The notes beneath the pieces were generated by a model. It ran no database searches, had not been told where the DNA came from, and saw only the letters and a program-made list of their open reading frames with translations. From positions 14,852 through 78,851 of the forward strand of contig CAYWCV010000005.1 in assembly GCA_964456845.1 (NCBI GenBank): DNA of 64,000 bases, given 5' to 3'. A program made the translations under genes and the position numbers. The stretch is from an uncultured Chitinophagales bacterium. GTDB taxonomy: Bacteria > Bacteroidota > Rhodothermia > Balneolales > CAYWCV01. Shown piece by piece: positions 18,123 to 27,211 of this stretch. The stretch's first letter is position 1; each line of letters begins with the position of its first letter.

Positions 18123-19760
18123 TCAGATAGTGATTGTAACCGTTTTCATTTTCTCGTAGTCTGCCGTGGCGCCGTGAGTCTTTTTGGTCTCGTCGATAAT
18201 GGCGTTTCGCAGTTTTTTCACCTCGTCGGCCTTGCGGATCTCAATGAGGTTTAGTTTGGCCTGATCAAAGCTGACCGGACCTGGTTCTTTTCTGTCGATG
18301 CACAGGTAGACGATCCACCGGTCTGGTGTGTACTCGAGTGGACCAGCGATACCTCCCCGTCGGAGGTCTCGGAGATTGGGCGCAAACTTGCCAAATGAGT
18401 CTATTGGCCGGAAGCCGAGCTCGCCGTCGTATAACAGCGCCTCGCCCATCACCCCGTATTTTAGCAGAACAGTTTTAAAGTCGGAACCGGCTTTCAGTAG
18501 AGTAATGGCCTCCTCGGCATCTGCTTTGCTGGCCGTCACCAATTCGCCAAGGTTCAGCTCAATGGTGCCGGTGCGGTATTCCGCGCTAGAGTTGTACATG
18601 GCGCGGAGTTCAACCTCGGGGATCACAACTTCCTGGTACAGATGCTCGTTGAAACGGTCGATAAGCCAGGAGTGGAAGGTCGCCTCGACGGTTTGTCCAG
18701 CAAAGGATGCGTCAAATTCAGGATGGTTACGAACCTGATCGATTGCATAAGACCTGTAGGCGATGCCGTCGATGATCTCACGCAGTGATTTCCTGGAGGC
18801 AAATCGCCAGTCTGGCAGGAGTGCAGCTTCGATGCGGAAGTCTTCAAGGGTTATCGTAAATCCGCGAAGCTCGGCCACAACGGTACTTTCTGGCAAATTG
18901 ACATTAAACCGGTTCCCTTCGGTTGTTACCCGCATGACCTGGTAAAGTTCCTCGAGGACCTTGTCGTCAACTCGAATTTCGCTTGTCAGATTTTCGAGGT
19001 CACGGCGGGTCGCCATTTCACGGTTCCGCTGCAGTGCATAATCGGATAGAGCTGCCCTCCGATTGGCAAATTCGGTCTCCGTCACGATCGGTTTTGTGAC
19101 AATATCGGTCACCTTGATGATACTGTAGCCCTGGTTCGTGCGCACTGGAGGCGATATCTGCCCTGGATCCATTCGGAAAGCGATGTTCTCGAAAGCGGGG
19201 TCCATTTCGTCGATCGTGAAATAACCGAGGTCGCCACCGTTTTCACGAAGGTGCTTGTTGGTAAAAATCTCGGCCGCCAGATCCTCGAAGCTTCCTCCGT
19301 TTTGAAGGATCGCGTACAGCGAGTCGGCGGTGTACCGGTCGGGGGCATACAAGTGGGACGCACGTACGCGGGCGTTGAACCTACGGAACAGCTCTCGGAG
19401 ATCATCCTCGTCGACACTAACGTTCGCGTGCACGAGCAACCTCTCGTATTCCTGCATGTGCACCTGCCGTTCGATGAGGGCGCGCTGCCTGCTTCCTGCC
19501 TCGTCGCTGTCCCACCCCCTGTCCTCGGCCCAGGTTACGACCGTGTAACGTTCCAGTTCGCCATCGAGCACCGCCTTGAGCGTGACGTCGTTTACAGGCA
19601 CAGCTTGGCCCGTCTGGTAATAGTAGTTTCGGAATGCGTTTTGAAAATGGAGATCTGTGACCTCATACTTGCCAATGCTGGCCAGTACCTGCCTGTCATC
19701 GTGCCGGTTGCAAGCCGCCAAGCCGCCCATCACAGCAGCCAACAGCGCATACCGAAACAC
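18123..19760 (-). CDS. SurA/PpiD-like parvulin peptidyl-prolyl isomerase, predicted lipoprotein
   Basis: Parvulin domain VRASHLY....GGDLGYFTIDEMDPAFENIAF.MDPGQISPPVRTNQGYSIIKV. The track ORF reaches a TTG at 19814. A GTG at 19760 gives a canonical lipoprotein signal, MFRYALLAAVMGGLAAC. Confidence 0.8.
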   Translation of the reverse strand: MFRYALLAAVMGGLAACNRHDDRQVLASIGKYEVTDLHFQNAFRNYYYQTGQAVPVNDVTLKAVLDGELERYTVVTWAEDRGWDSDEAGSRQRALIERQVHMQEYERLLVHANVSVDEDDLRELFRRFNARVRASHLYAPDRYTADSLYAILQNGGSFEDLAAEIFTNKHLRENGGDLGYFTIDEMDPAFENIAFRMDPGQISPPVRTNQGYSIIKVTDIVTKPIVTETEFANRRAALSDYALQRNREMATRRDLENLTSEIRVDDKVLEELYQVMRVTTEGNRFNVNLPESTVVAELRGFTITLEDFRIEAALLPDWRFASRKSLREIIDGIAYRSYAIDQVRNHPEFDASFAGQTVEATFHSWLIDRFNEHLYQEVVIPEVELRAMYNSSAEYRTGTIELNLGELVTASKADAEEAITLLKAGSDFKTVLLKYGVMGEALLYDGELGFRPIDSFGKFAPNLRDLRRGGIAGPLEYTPDRWIVYLCIDRKEPGPVSFDQAKLNLIEIRKADEVKKLRNAIIDETKKTHGATADYEKMKTVTITI

Positions 19761-19832
19761 CGTGTCGAGCGATACGATTCCTCCTTTGGTGCTATGGCAT
19801 CTTACAGTGGACAATACCTTTTCCTTGTTTTA

Positions 19833-19846
19833 TGTAATCGCTTACA
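19833..19846. promoter_or_regulatory. LacI/cre-type palindromic operator TGTAATCGCTTACA
   Basis: It matches every constrained position of the LacI-family/cre consensus TGWAANCGNTNWCA. It lies 73 bp upstream of the probable PPIase start, at the head of the alpha-glucan operon that encodes the LacI regulator. Confidence 0.55.
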
Positions 19847-19858
19847 TTTGAATAATAA

Positions 19859-19872
19859 TGAAAGCGCTTACA
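19859..19872. promoter_or_regulatory. second LacI/cre-type operator TGAAAGCGCTTACA
   Basis: It also matches TGWAANCGNTNWCA at all constrained positions. It sits 26 bp centre-to-centre from the first site. Confidence 0.55.
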
Positions 19873-20047
19873 TCTTACAAGCAAAAAGTTGCCATTTTTT
19901 TATTCTTTCATAACTTTTAGAAAAAAAGCACCCCATCTCCCTCGATTGGCCGTAATTCGTCAGCCACCAATATTCCAGATGGCCTCGACATGCCCGTATA
20001 TCACCTGAAAAAATGGCATGTAAGCACTATCATTCCTTGTGTTCGGA

Positions 20048-20692
20048 TCAGGGCGACAGACGGTCGATAACCCAGCTCCCATCGACGAGCCGGAACCGAA
20101 TACGGTCGTGCATGCGGCTTCCCCTGCCCTGCCAAAATTCGATCATGTTCGGTACTAGCCTGTACCCGCCCCAATAGTCCGGCATAGGGATGTCGTCTCC
20201 CACATATTTCGCCACGTTCTCTTCATAACGCCTCTCCAGGAAGTCTCTTGAAGCAACCACCTCGCTTTGGTTCGAGCTCCATGCACCAATACGACTTCCG
20301 GCTGGACGAGAATCGAAATACGCCCTCGATTGGTCCTTGCTGATTTTTTCGATGTCGCCCTCGATCCTGACCTGACGTTCGAGCTCCCCCCAGAAAAACA
20401 GCAGGGAGGTCTTAGGATTTTGGTCCATGTCCTTTCCTTTTCGGCTCTCGTAGTTCGTGAAGAATATGAACCCCCTGTCGTCAACACCCTTGAGCAACAC
20501 GATGCGGATGCTGGGCTGGCCGTCGGGCGACACGGTGGCATGCGACATCGCGTTTGGCTCGACGATTCCGGCGTTGGTGGCCTGCTCAAACCAAACGGAG
20601 AACTGACGGAATGGGTCTGCGTCGACATCCGTTTCAAGAAGACCGTTTTTCGTATATTCGCGCCGAAGATCGGCTAAATTAAGTTCGCTCAT
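20048..20692 (-). CDS. pdxH: pyridoxamine 5'-phosphate oxidase
   Basis: [88 protein letters not shown]. Confidence 0.9.
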   Translation of the reverse strand: MSELNLADLRREYTKNGLLETDVDADPFRQFSVWFEQATNAGIVEPNAMSHATVSPDGQPSIRIVLLKGVDDRGFIFFTNYESRKGKDMDQNPKTSLLFFWGELERQVRIEGDIEKISKDQSRAYFDSRPAGSRIGAWSSNQSEVVASRDFLERRYEENVAKYVGDDIPMPDYWGGYRLVPNMIEFWQGRGSRMHDRIRFRLVDGSWVIDRLSP

Positions 20693-20698
20693 GGTCGT

Positions 20699-21355
20699 TC
20701 ATTCAAATGGTTTTGTTGGGGTGGCCCGAAAACAGACATACCGAATGATACGTCCTTCCGACAGGTGCTTTCCTTCATAAAAGGTCTGTATGAAAAGGTC
20801 TGAGCCGTCTGGCGCGCCGGCATATATGTCGGCGTTGTGCTCAATAAGCTCCAATCCGTACAGTTCGATCATCTTTAGGGTGTAATCATGCAACACGGGG
20901 TCGTCCGTTTTGAGGTGGACCAAACCGGTGTCGGGAAGCAGTTCGGAATAAATCTTCAGGAATCTCGGAGATGTGAGCCTTTTGCCAGGTTTGCGCAAAT
21001 AGGGGTCAGGAAACGTGATCCAAATTTCGCTGATCTCGCCAGGCTCAAAATAATGGAGCAGATCTTCGATCTGAGTCCTCAAGAAAGCTGCGTTGCTTAG
21101 CTTCTCCTGCAAGCCTTGCAAGGCACCGATGTAAATGCGCTCACCCTTGATGTCGACGCCGATGAGGTTCTTATGAGGATACCTCCTTGCAAGCTCGAGC
21201 GTGTAATGACCCTTGCCGCATGCAAGCTCCAGTACGATCGGGTTGGAATTATGGAAGAAATCAGCCGCCCATCTCCCCTTCAGGCGGGGATCCAGCTCGA
21301 TAACGTTATCGAGTTTGCCTACTTCGGCATAACGAAATAGCTTCTGCTTTGCCAT
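20699..21355 (-). CDS. trmB: tRNA (guanine-N7)-methyltransferase
   Basis: SAM-binding LELACGKGHYTLELARRYPHKNLIGVDIKG, plus FPDPYLRKPGKRL. The start is taken at the ATG at 21355; the track begins one codon earlier at a GTG. Confidence 0.85.
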   Translation of the reverse strand: MAKQKLFRYAEVGKLDNVIELDPRLKGRWAADFFHNSNPIVLELACGKGHYTLELARRYPHKNLIGVDIKGERIYIGALQGLQEKLSNAAFLRTQIEDLLHYFEPGEISEIWITFPDPYLRKPGKRLTSPRFLKIYSELLPDTGLVHLKTDDPVLHDYTLKMIELYGLELIEHNADIYAGAPDGSDLFIQTFYEGKHLSEGRIIRYVCFRATPTKPFE

Positions 21356-21373
21356 CACCCCAATATACGGATG

Positions 21374-22147
21374 TCAGAAGTCTTTTCTGACAAATCTCCT
21401 CCCACCCAGCATCACGGGAACAGCAGCCCAAATCATAAGCATGGATACGCTCACCCATACTCCAATCGACGAACCAAAAAACTGACGGTACAACGCGCCG
21501 GTGAAGCCCATCATGGCCGATTCGTCGGCCGACAACACCAAGATGATGCGCCCCAAATCGACGGGATTCGCAAGCGTCAGCGCCAGAACCGGACGTTCCA
21601 GCGGGTATTCGGCAAACATGGCGATCACGAACATGATCAATGCGTCGTATAGAATGGTGAGGATCAGCCATGTCACAATTGCCAAGCCCATCCCGCGGAT
21701 TTTGTCGTCCTGTTTGAGTGCGATCACGAAGGCTATCGCTACAAAGATGGCCATCAGGATGAGTCCTGTGCCCACTACCGTGAGGAACGGGCCAAATGCA
21801 GCCCGAAGCATGATGGGCACGCCGACACCCAAGGTGTACGCTGCCATCAGAGGGACTACCAAACCGGCATACAGACTGACGTACAAATCTCGGCGCCTGA
21901 TTGGCTGCGACAACATCAGCTCGATGTACTCCCGGTTGTTGTACACATAGATGGTTCCAAAGATGAGGCCGCATAGCGGGATGATCGAGAGCGACAGGTT
22001 CATCAAGCTGAGCATGGTGCCGTCGCCGGTGCCCCCAAAACGGATGAGCAGTTCCGACACTACAGCGAAAAAGATGCCGAATCCAATGACGGCCTTGCTG
22101 CGGAGACCATCCAGAATTTGATATTTGAGCAAGGTGTTACTACTCAT
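21374..22147 (-). CDS. nosY: ABC-2 type permease of the nos maturation transporter
   Basis: Six-TM ABC-2 permease. It is translationally coupled (ATGA) to nosF within the nos cluster. Confidence 0.8.
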   Translation of the reverse strand: MSSNTLLKYQILDGLRSKAVIGFGIFFAVVSELLIRFGGTGDGTMLSLMNLSLSIIPLCGLIFGTIYVYNNREYIELMLSQPIRRRDLYVSLYAGLVVPLMAAYTLGVGVPIMLRAAFGPFLTVVGTGLILMAIFVAIAFVIALKQDDKIRGMGLAIVTWLILTILYDALIMFVIAMFAEYPLERPVLALTLANPVDLGRIILVLSADESAMMGFTGALYRQFFGSSIGVWVSVSMLMIWAAVPVMLGGRRFVRKDF

Positions 22148-22854
22148 GACGCCATCTCCATTAAGTGAGCCGCCATGGCGCGTTCTAAGGTGGACGCTCC
22201 GGTCCTGTCGAGCAACTCCTCCAATGGGGTGTCGAGCACGACCTGCCCACCGATGATGTACACGAGATGGTCGGCCATCTGCTCGACCTCGCTTAATACG
22301 TGCGATGTCAGTATGACGGTTCTGCCGGAGTCTCGAAGGCCGATCACTTCATCTTTGAACCGGCTGCCGACGATAGGGTCCATGCCGGCGGTCGGCTCAT
22401 CGAGAAACAAGATTTCCGGCGAGAACATGAAGGCGACCAGGGCATTCAGCTTTTGGCGGTTTCCACCCGACAATTCCGACGGCCGTTTTGACATGTGCTC
22501 GGACAAACCGGAATCGACAAGCCAATGATCAGCAATTTGAGCATCGTTCCCCCGTATGTCCTTGAGCATGTTGATGATATCGCTGATTTTCAGGTTTTCG
22601 GGAAACGAGGGACGCTGAGGCATGTACCCGATTATCTTTTTCCATGCAATCGGGTCGGTGACAGGCACTCCATTCCAGGCAAAGGATCCGCTGTCGGGGT
22701 GCACCATGCCCATCAGGCACTTGATCAGGGTGGATTTACCGGCTCCGTTCGGACCCAGCAACGCCGTTACCTGCCCTTTAGGGATGTCGAGGTTGACATC
22801 CTTCAAGACGCTGTTACGGCCGTATGATTTATTTAAGTTTCGTATTTCGATCAT
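22144..22854 (-). CDS. nosF: ABC transporter ATP-binding protein
   Basis: Walker A GPNGAGKST, signature LSGGNRQK, Walker B LFLDEPTAGMD. It has an ATGA overlap with nosD. Confidence 0.85.
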   Translation of the reverse strand: MIEIRNLNKSYGRNSVLKDVNLDIPKGQVTALLGPNGAGKSTLIKCLMGMVHPDSGSFAWNGVPVTDPIAWKKIIGYMPQRPSFPENLKISDIINMLKDIRGNDAQIADHWLVDSGLSEHMSKRPSELSGGNRQKLNALVAFMFSPEILFLDEPTAGMDPIVGSRFKDEVIGLRDSGRTVILTSHVLSEVEQMADHLVYIIGGQVVLDTPLEELLDRTGASTLERAMAAHLMEMAS

Positions 22855-24092
22855 GACCTGTGGGGTTTCATGGAAGGTGATGAATCGGCCAGCATTTCCG
22901 GGCTCAACACGGGAAATACTTTCTCTGCGGCATCCAATAGTTCGATGAAAAGGCTTCTCAGCAGCACCATGGCCACCGGATTTCGCTCGATGAGGTAGGC
23001 GAACAGGCGAACTGGACGGTGTTGCACATCGCCGACCCCGTTGCGGTCGAGGTCATACCCGGCGTACGCGCTCCAATAATTCGACTCGAAGTGGTTGTAA
23101 TGGGTTCGGCTGTTCGTGCTCACGTCAAGCGTGTTGTCGACAAAATCATTTTCCACGAAATTGTTGTCGTTGCTGCTAGCCATCAGCACAACGGCCTTGC
23201 CGTTCGAAAGGAACCGGTTGTGCCGGATAGTTACACGGTTCGAGCCTTCCGAATGGAGTCCGGTCGTATTCGATTGTATGAGGTTTCCTATGATCTGCGA
23301 ATCATTGATGTCTTTGAGGAGCAATCCGTACGACGTAGGCCCCCAATTCATCACGAATTCGTTCTGTTCCATCAACACGCGGCTGCTGTACATCACGGCA
23401 ACACCCGCGCCGTTCGCTTCGAACCTGTTTCGGATATATGCGCAATCGTTGGAGAACATGTAATGCAGGCCGTAACGAAGGTTGTTATGGCTCAGGTTTC
23501 CTGAAACGGTTACAGAGTCAGCGAATTCAAGATAGATCCCGTCCCTGTGACCCATGATGTTGTTGTCAGTGATCTGGACGCCCCTGCTCTTCCACAGATG
23601 GATCCCATTTCCGGCACTCGTTTCAGATACGGCGTCCGACTCGATCTGATTGTCTTTGATCACGCACGAATGGGACTCCTTCAAGTAAACCCCGAAGTAG
23701 TTCATGCTGAACCTGTTGCCGCTGATCTCGCAGAAGTTGCCCAACTCGACCAAAATGGCGGCGTTGTCGATGATGGAACTCGACTTGACACCCGAAAAGT
23801 GGATGTTGACGATCCTCACGGAATCGGCCCTCACATGGAAGATGGAATTCACCGCAACGGCTTCAAACCGGGAGTTCCCGTTCCCGATGATGCTCAGGGG
23901 CTTGTGGACCGTGTATGGGTTCCTATCCCAGACACCGTCGCCCAAGAGGAGCGTGTCGCCAGGAGCCGCACGGTCGATCACCGACTGCAAATCGTCACCG
24001 GCCGACACGACGACCTTCTGACCGACGGCTGACCCAACCGTAAGGGTCAGAAGAGCCACTGCGATCGATATTATGATGTAGAGACGTAGCAT
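22851..24092 (-). CDS. nosD: periplasmic parallel beta-helix copper-binding protein
   Basis: Signal peptide present. It carries repeated beta-helix units (NNAILVE.., GNGIHLWKS, DNNIMGHRDGIYLEF, ...) and sits between nosL and nosF. Confidence 0.85.
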   Translation of the reverse strand: MLRLYIIISIAVALLTLTVGSAVGQKVVVSAGDDLQSVIDRAAPGDTLLLGDGVWDRNPYTVHKPLSIIGNGNSRFEAVAVNSIFHVRADSVRIVNIHFSGVKSSSIIDNAAILVELGNFCEISGNRFSMNYFGVYLKESHSCVIKDNQIESDAVSETSAGNGIHLWKSRGVQITDNNIMGHRDGIYLEFADSVTVSGNLSHNNLRYGLHYMFSNDCAYIRNRFEANGAGVAVMYSSRVLMEQNEFVMNWGPTSYGLLLKDINDSQIIGNLIQSNTTGLHSEGSNRVTIRHNRFLSNGKAVVLMASSNDNNFVENDFVDNTLDVSTNSRTHYNHFESNYWSAYAGYDLDRNGVGDVQHRPVRLFAYLIERNPVAMVLLRSLFIELLDAAEKVFPVLSPEMLADSSPSMKPHRS

Positions 24093-24113
24093 ACCTGCGT
24101 CCTTATCTGCCAG

Positions 24114-24563
24114 TTATCTGTTGTCGAACGTATTGATCAGCTCCACCCACGTGAGAATGCCGCCTTCATGTCCCCCGAGCCTGGCCATAGCAGCTTCCCG
24201 GTTTTGATAGGCGCTCAGGTTGCCCCCCATAGGGCTTGGGATGGACGGACTTACCACATACACTGCTTGGGTTGCATCGAACATGTCGTTTGGCTCAATT
24301 TGGTCCGCCACTCTGAAAAGCCTGATTTCGTCGGTTGATCCAACATTGGATGCCGTGTACTTCATCATGCATTCGATGGCATCAAAACTGTGTGTGCGAC
24401 CCTTGTCGGTCACAAGCTGTGCTGCGAATGCCTTTTCGGTGATCGTCATGCGACAATGAGCGCACTCCTGCACTCCGAACAAAATGGGATCAGGCTCGGT
24501 CGTGCATCCAGCGAAAAACATGCTGGCCATAAGCAGAAATGAAATAGAGGTTAAACGTCTCAT
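24114..24563 (-). CDS. nosL: copper chaperone lipoprotein
   Basis: Lipobox FFAGC. The motif CAHCRMTI....AAQLV...G....FDAIECM is the NosL signature. The start is taken at the ATG at 24563 (MRRLTSISFLL), which overlaps the upstream stop (ATGA). Confidence 0.85.
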   Translation of the reverse strand: MRRLTSISFLLMASMFFAGCTTEPDPILFGVQECAHCRMTITEKAFAAQLVTDKGRTHSFDAIECMMKYTASNVGSTDEIRLFRVADQIEPNDMFDATQAVYVVSPSIPSPMGGNLSAYQNREAAMARLGGHEGGILTWVELINTFDNR

Positions 24564-25141
24564 GCCCGCTTCCCCTTCTTCCTGTTTGTCCACAGCACGC
24601 CAAATCCCAGCATAATGGAGGCCAATGCATAAGCACTACCCCAATGCGGCCATGAACCAGCATTCATGTTCAGGAGCTGCTTGGTCCCAATGAGGGGCGG
24701 TTGATAGGTCATGCCAGGCACTTGGATGGCGGCTTCAGGGTTGAGATTATGACCATAGTCGTAACCCCACATGAAGTAATCTACAAAGGCCGCCGTCAAT
24801 CCTATTAAGATCAAGATTAACCATATCCAGCCTAGGCGAACCGAGCCCGTTATCGCAACAATCATGCCGAAAATCACGTAGAACATGATTGCGTAGGGGA
24901 TAATCTTCAGTGTGGGCACCATGTCGGGCACAATTTCTTTCATCCCGATGTAGTGATTAAGCCCGTTGATGTTCTTCAGGTCATTCGGGGAGTGACCCGT
25001 AATCGTGTTGTGGTGAATCAGCAAACCTAAGCCTTCGGGGTACTGCGGCGCGCTCAACCTGATCTGCCAGATCGGCACGGTGTAGATTCCCAAAAGCAGA
25101 AGTGCGGAAATTGCGATTAATATTCTGCTTCGCGTAGTCAT
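24560..25141 (-). CDS. four-TM membrane protein in the nosB position of clade II nos clusters
   Basis: Four hydrophobic helices, located immediately 3' of nosZ. Trimmed to the ATG at 25141 (MTTRSRILIAISALLLL). Confidence 0.55.
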   Translation of the reverse strand: MTTRSRILIAISALLLLGIYTVPIWQIRLSAPQYPEGLGLLIHHNTITGHSPNDLKNINGLNHYIGMKEIVPDMVPTLKIIPYAIMFYVIFGMIVAITGSVRLGWIWLILILIGLTAAFVDYFMWGYDYGHNLNPEAAIQVPGMTYQPPLIGTKQLLNMNAGSWPHWGSAYALASIMLGFGVLWTNRKKGKRA

Positions 25142-25239
25142 AATAGGTCCCCTTTTGAGGGTGAAGATTCTGATTTGTCGGGAAATTTCCCGAGATGGTA
25201 TCATCCACCCCGGGATATTTTCCGCACAGGGTGTTAACC

Positions 25240-27201
25240 CTATTTGCCTGTCCCGAACTTAATCGGAACATTTGCCCCCTTAGGAGACACTCGTACATAA
25301 CCCTGCATTTCTTGGTGCAGGGCCGAACAGAAGTCGGTGCAGTAGAAGCTGAAGATGCCCGGTTTCTGAGGGACCCAAACAAAGGTGCGCGTTTCGCCCG
25401 GCATCACGAGAAGCTCGGCATTGTTGGCACCCTGCATGGCGAAGCCGTGGGGCACGTCCCAGTCCTGCTCGAGGTTGGTGATATAGAACGTTACCTTGTC
25501 GCCCACCTCAATCCCTTCGATGTTGTCGGGTGCGAAGTGGCTTCGGATCTTGGTCATGTAGACCTCGACTTCATTACCATTGCGCACAACCTTTACGTCG
25601 CCTTCAGACTTGGTCGCCTTCGGGTGCGTGTTCGTCTCGATCGGATAAATTCTGACCTGTTTGTCTTTGATCTTGCTAGCCGCAATCGCCTGTGCATAGT
25701 GCGGTTCGCCAATGGTCGGGAAGTCGAGCAGCAGCGTCATCTTGGCACCGCTGATGTCGTAGAGCTGTGCCGAGTGGGTTAGCTCCGGACCGGTAGGCAG
25801 GTACCTGTCCTTGGTGATCTTGTTGAGGGCCACGACGTACTTGCCGTCTGGATTGCTGCTGTCCCCGCCTGGGATCATAAGGTGACCCACCGAGTAGTAC
25901 GTCGGAATGCGGTCGACCACCTTAAAGTCGCTGAGCGACCACTTGACGATTTCAGATGATATGAATGCCGTCGTATAGGCAAAACCCTTGCCGTCGAATT
26001 CGGTGTGGAGAGGTCCTAAGCCCGGATCCTGCACCTCACCTGCGATGGTTGCCTCATATTTGAGCACGGGGATGCCCTCGATCACACCGTCAACTTCATT
26101 GTTTTCGATGGCGGCAAGCATCTTGCTGAAACTGTGCACCGGAATGACCGACGCCAATTTGCCACCGCCTACGATATACTCGCCAGATGGGTCCACATCG
26201 ACGCCGTGAGGCGACTTGGGCGTCGGCAGGAAGTAGACCAAGCCCGGCACATCGGCTGGATCGATCATCAGGACTTCGTTGAGCGACTCTGACGTGGCCA
26301 CACGGCTGCCCTCGTCCATGATGTTGTGACGGTAGTCGGCTGCCATTTTTGTTCCACCGCCCGATGCGATGTACTCTTCGGCCAATTTCCAGTTCACGGC
26401 GGCGATGAAGTCCTTGTCATTGCGCGATGCGTTTACCTCTAGAAGCGTGTGGGCCTGCTCGGAGTTGTAGCTCGTGAAAAACGACCAGCCGTGCGACGGA
26501 CCCCTGCCAGAATGCGACAGGTCGTAGTTAAAGCCCGGCATCTTGATTTGGAAGGCCAATTTCATGTGTCCGTGCGTCGGGTCGACGCTGATGAAGCTGA
26601 ACACCCCCTTGAAATTCTCCTTGTATGAGTCGATGGGCACATCCGCATTAGGCACAGGTACGCTGAATCGGCTCGACGATACCACATATTCCGTGTTTTC
26701 GGTCAAGAACGGTGAGGCATGGCTACCCGAGGAGTTGGGAATCTCAATGATTTCGGCCGTTTCGAAGGTGGTAAGGTCGATACGGGCAATACGGGGCGTA
26801 TTGTTGGCATTGATGAAAAGCCAGCGACCGTCCGTCTCACCAGCGGTCTGCGACAACTGCGGGTGGTGGGCGTCGTCCCACGGAATCGATCCATACGATG
26901 TTTCTAGCAGAGGCTTCGTCTCCTCACTAAAACCGTATCCGTTTTCGGCGTTCAACGAGAACACGGGCACCACTTTGAGCATGCGCCCTGAAGGCAGACC
27001 ATAGACGGACACCTGCCCGCTGAAGCCTCCCGACATAAACGCATAAAACTCGTCGTGTTCGCCGGGAGCCACATATACTTTCGAGGCGGCGTCGCCCGAT
27101 CCGACCAGATTTCCGTTGTTGGAGCAGCCTATGACCGACAGCATCAGCAGGAGCGGAATGATCCTGGTGGTAAGGGTTGACACATTTATCCTTGTTTTCA
27201 T
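25240..27201 (-). CDS. nosZ: nitrous-oxide reductase, Sec-type (clade II), predicted lipoprotein
   Basis: GEHDEFYAFMSGGFSGQVSVYGLPSGR is the N-terminal propeller start. The C-terminal CuA motif is FYCTDFCSALHQEMQGY. The signal peptide ends in the lipobox SVIGC rather than a twin-arginine motif. Confidence 0.95.
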   Translation of the reverse strand: MKTRINVSTLTTRIIPLLLMLSVIGCSNNGNLVGSGDAASKVYVAPGEHDEFYAFMSGGFSGQVSVYGLPSGRMLKVVPVFSLNAENGYGFSEETKPLLETSYGSIPWDDAHHPQLSQTAGETDGRWLFINANNTPRIARIDLTTFETAEIIEIPNSSGSHASPFLTENTEYVVSSSRFSVPVPNADVPIDSYKENFKGVFSFISVDPTHGHMKLAFQIKMPGFNYDLSHSGRGPSHGWSFFTSYNSEQAHTLLEVNASRNDKDFIAAVNWKLAEEYIASGGGTKMAADYRHNIMDEGSRVATSESLNEVLMIDPADVPGLVYFLPTPKSPHGVDVDPSGEYIVGGGKLASVIPVHSFSKMLAAIENNEVDGVIEGIPVLKYEATIAGEVQDPGLGPLHTEFDGKGFAYTTAFISSEIVKWSLSDFKVVDRIPTYYSVGHLMIPGGDSSNPDGKYVVALNKITKDRYLPTGPELTHSAQLYDISGAKMTLLLDFPTIGEPHYAQAIAASKIKDKQVRIYPIETNTHPKATKSEGDVKVVRNGNEVEVYMTKIRSHFAPDNIEGIEVGDKVTFYITNLEQDWDVPHGFAMQGANNAELLVMPGETRTFVWVPQKPGIFSFYCTDFCSALHQEMQGYVRVSPKGANVPIKFGTGK

Positions 27202-27211
27202 GGCATTGACA

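Noticed and set aside
19988-20021. A possible terminator hairpin after pdxH (ACATGCC ... GGCATGT).
   Set aside because: It has only a 7-bp stem with a 20-nt loop and no U-tract on the transcribed strand. That is too weak to call.
20019-20032. A third cre-like site, TGTAAGCACTATCA, near the pdxH stop.
   Set aside because: The central CG, the most conserved feature of LacI-family operators, is CA here. The site also lies about 170 bp from the other two. It is mentioned under the operator finding but not called as a feature.
21306-21974. A 222-aa alternative-frame ORF overlapping nosY.
   Set aside because: It is on the same strand but out of frame with a clear six-TM ABC-2 permease. Its product is Arg/His/Gly-rich and has no membrane or motif features.
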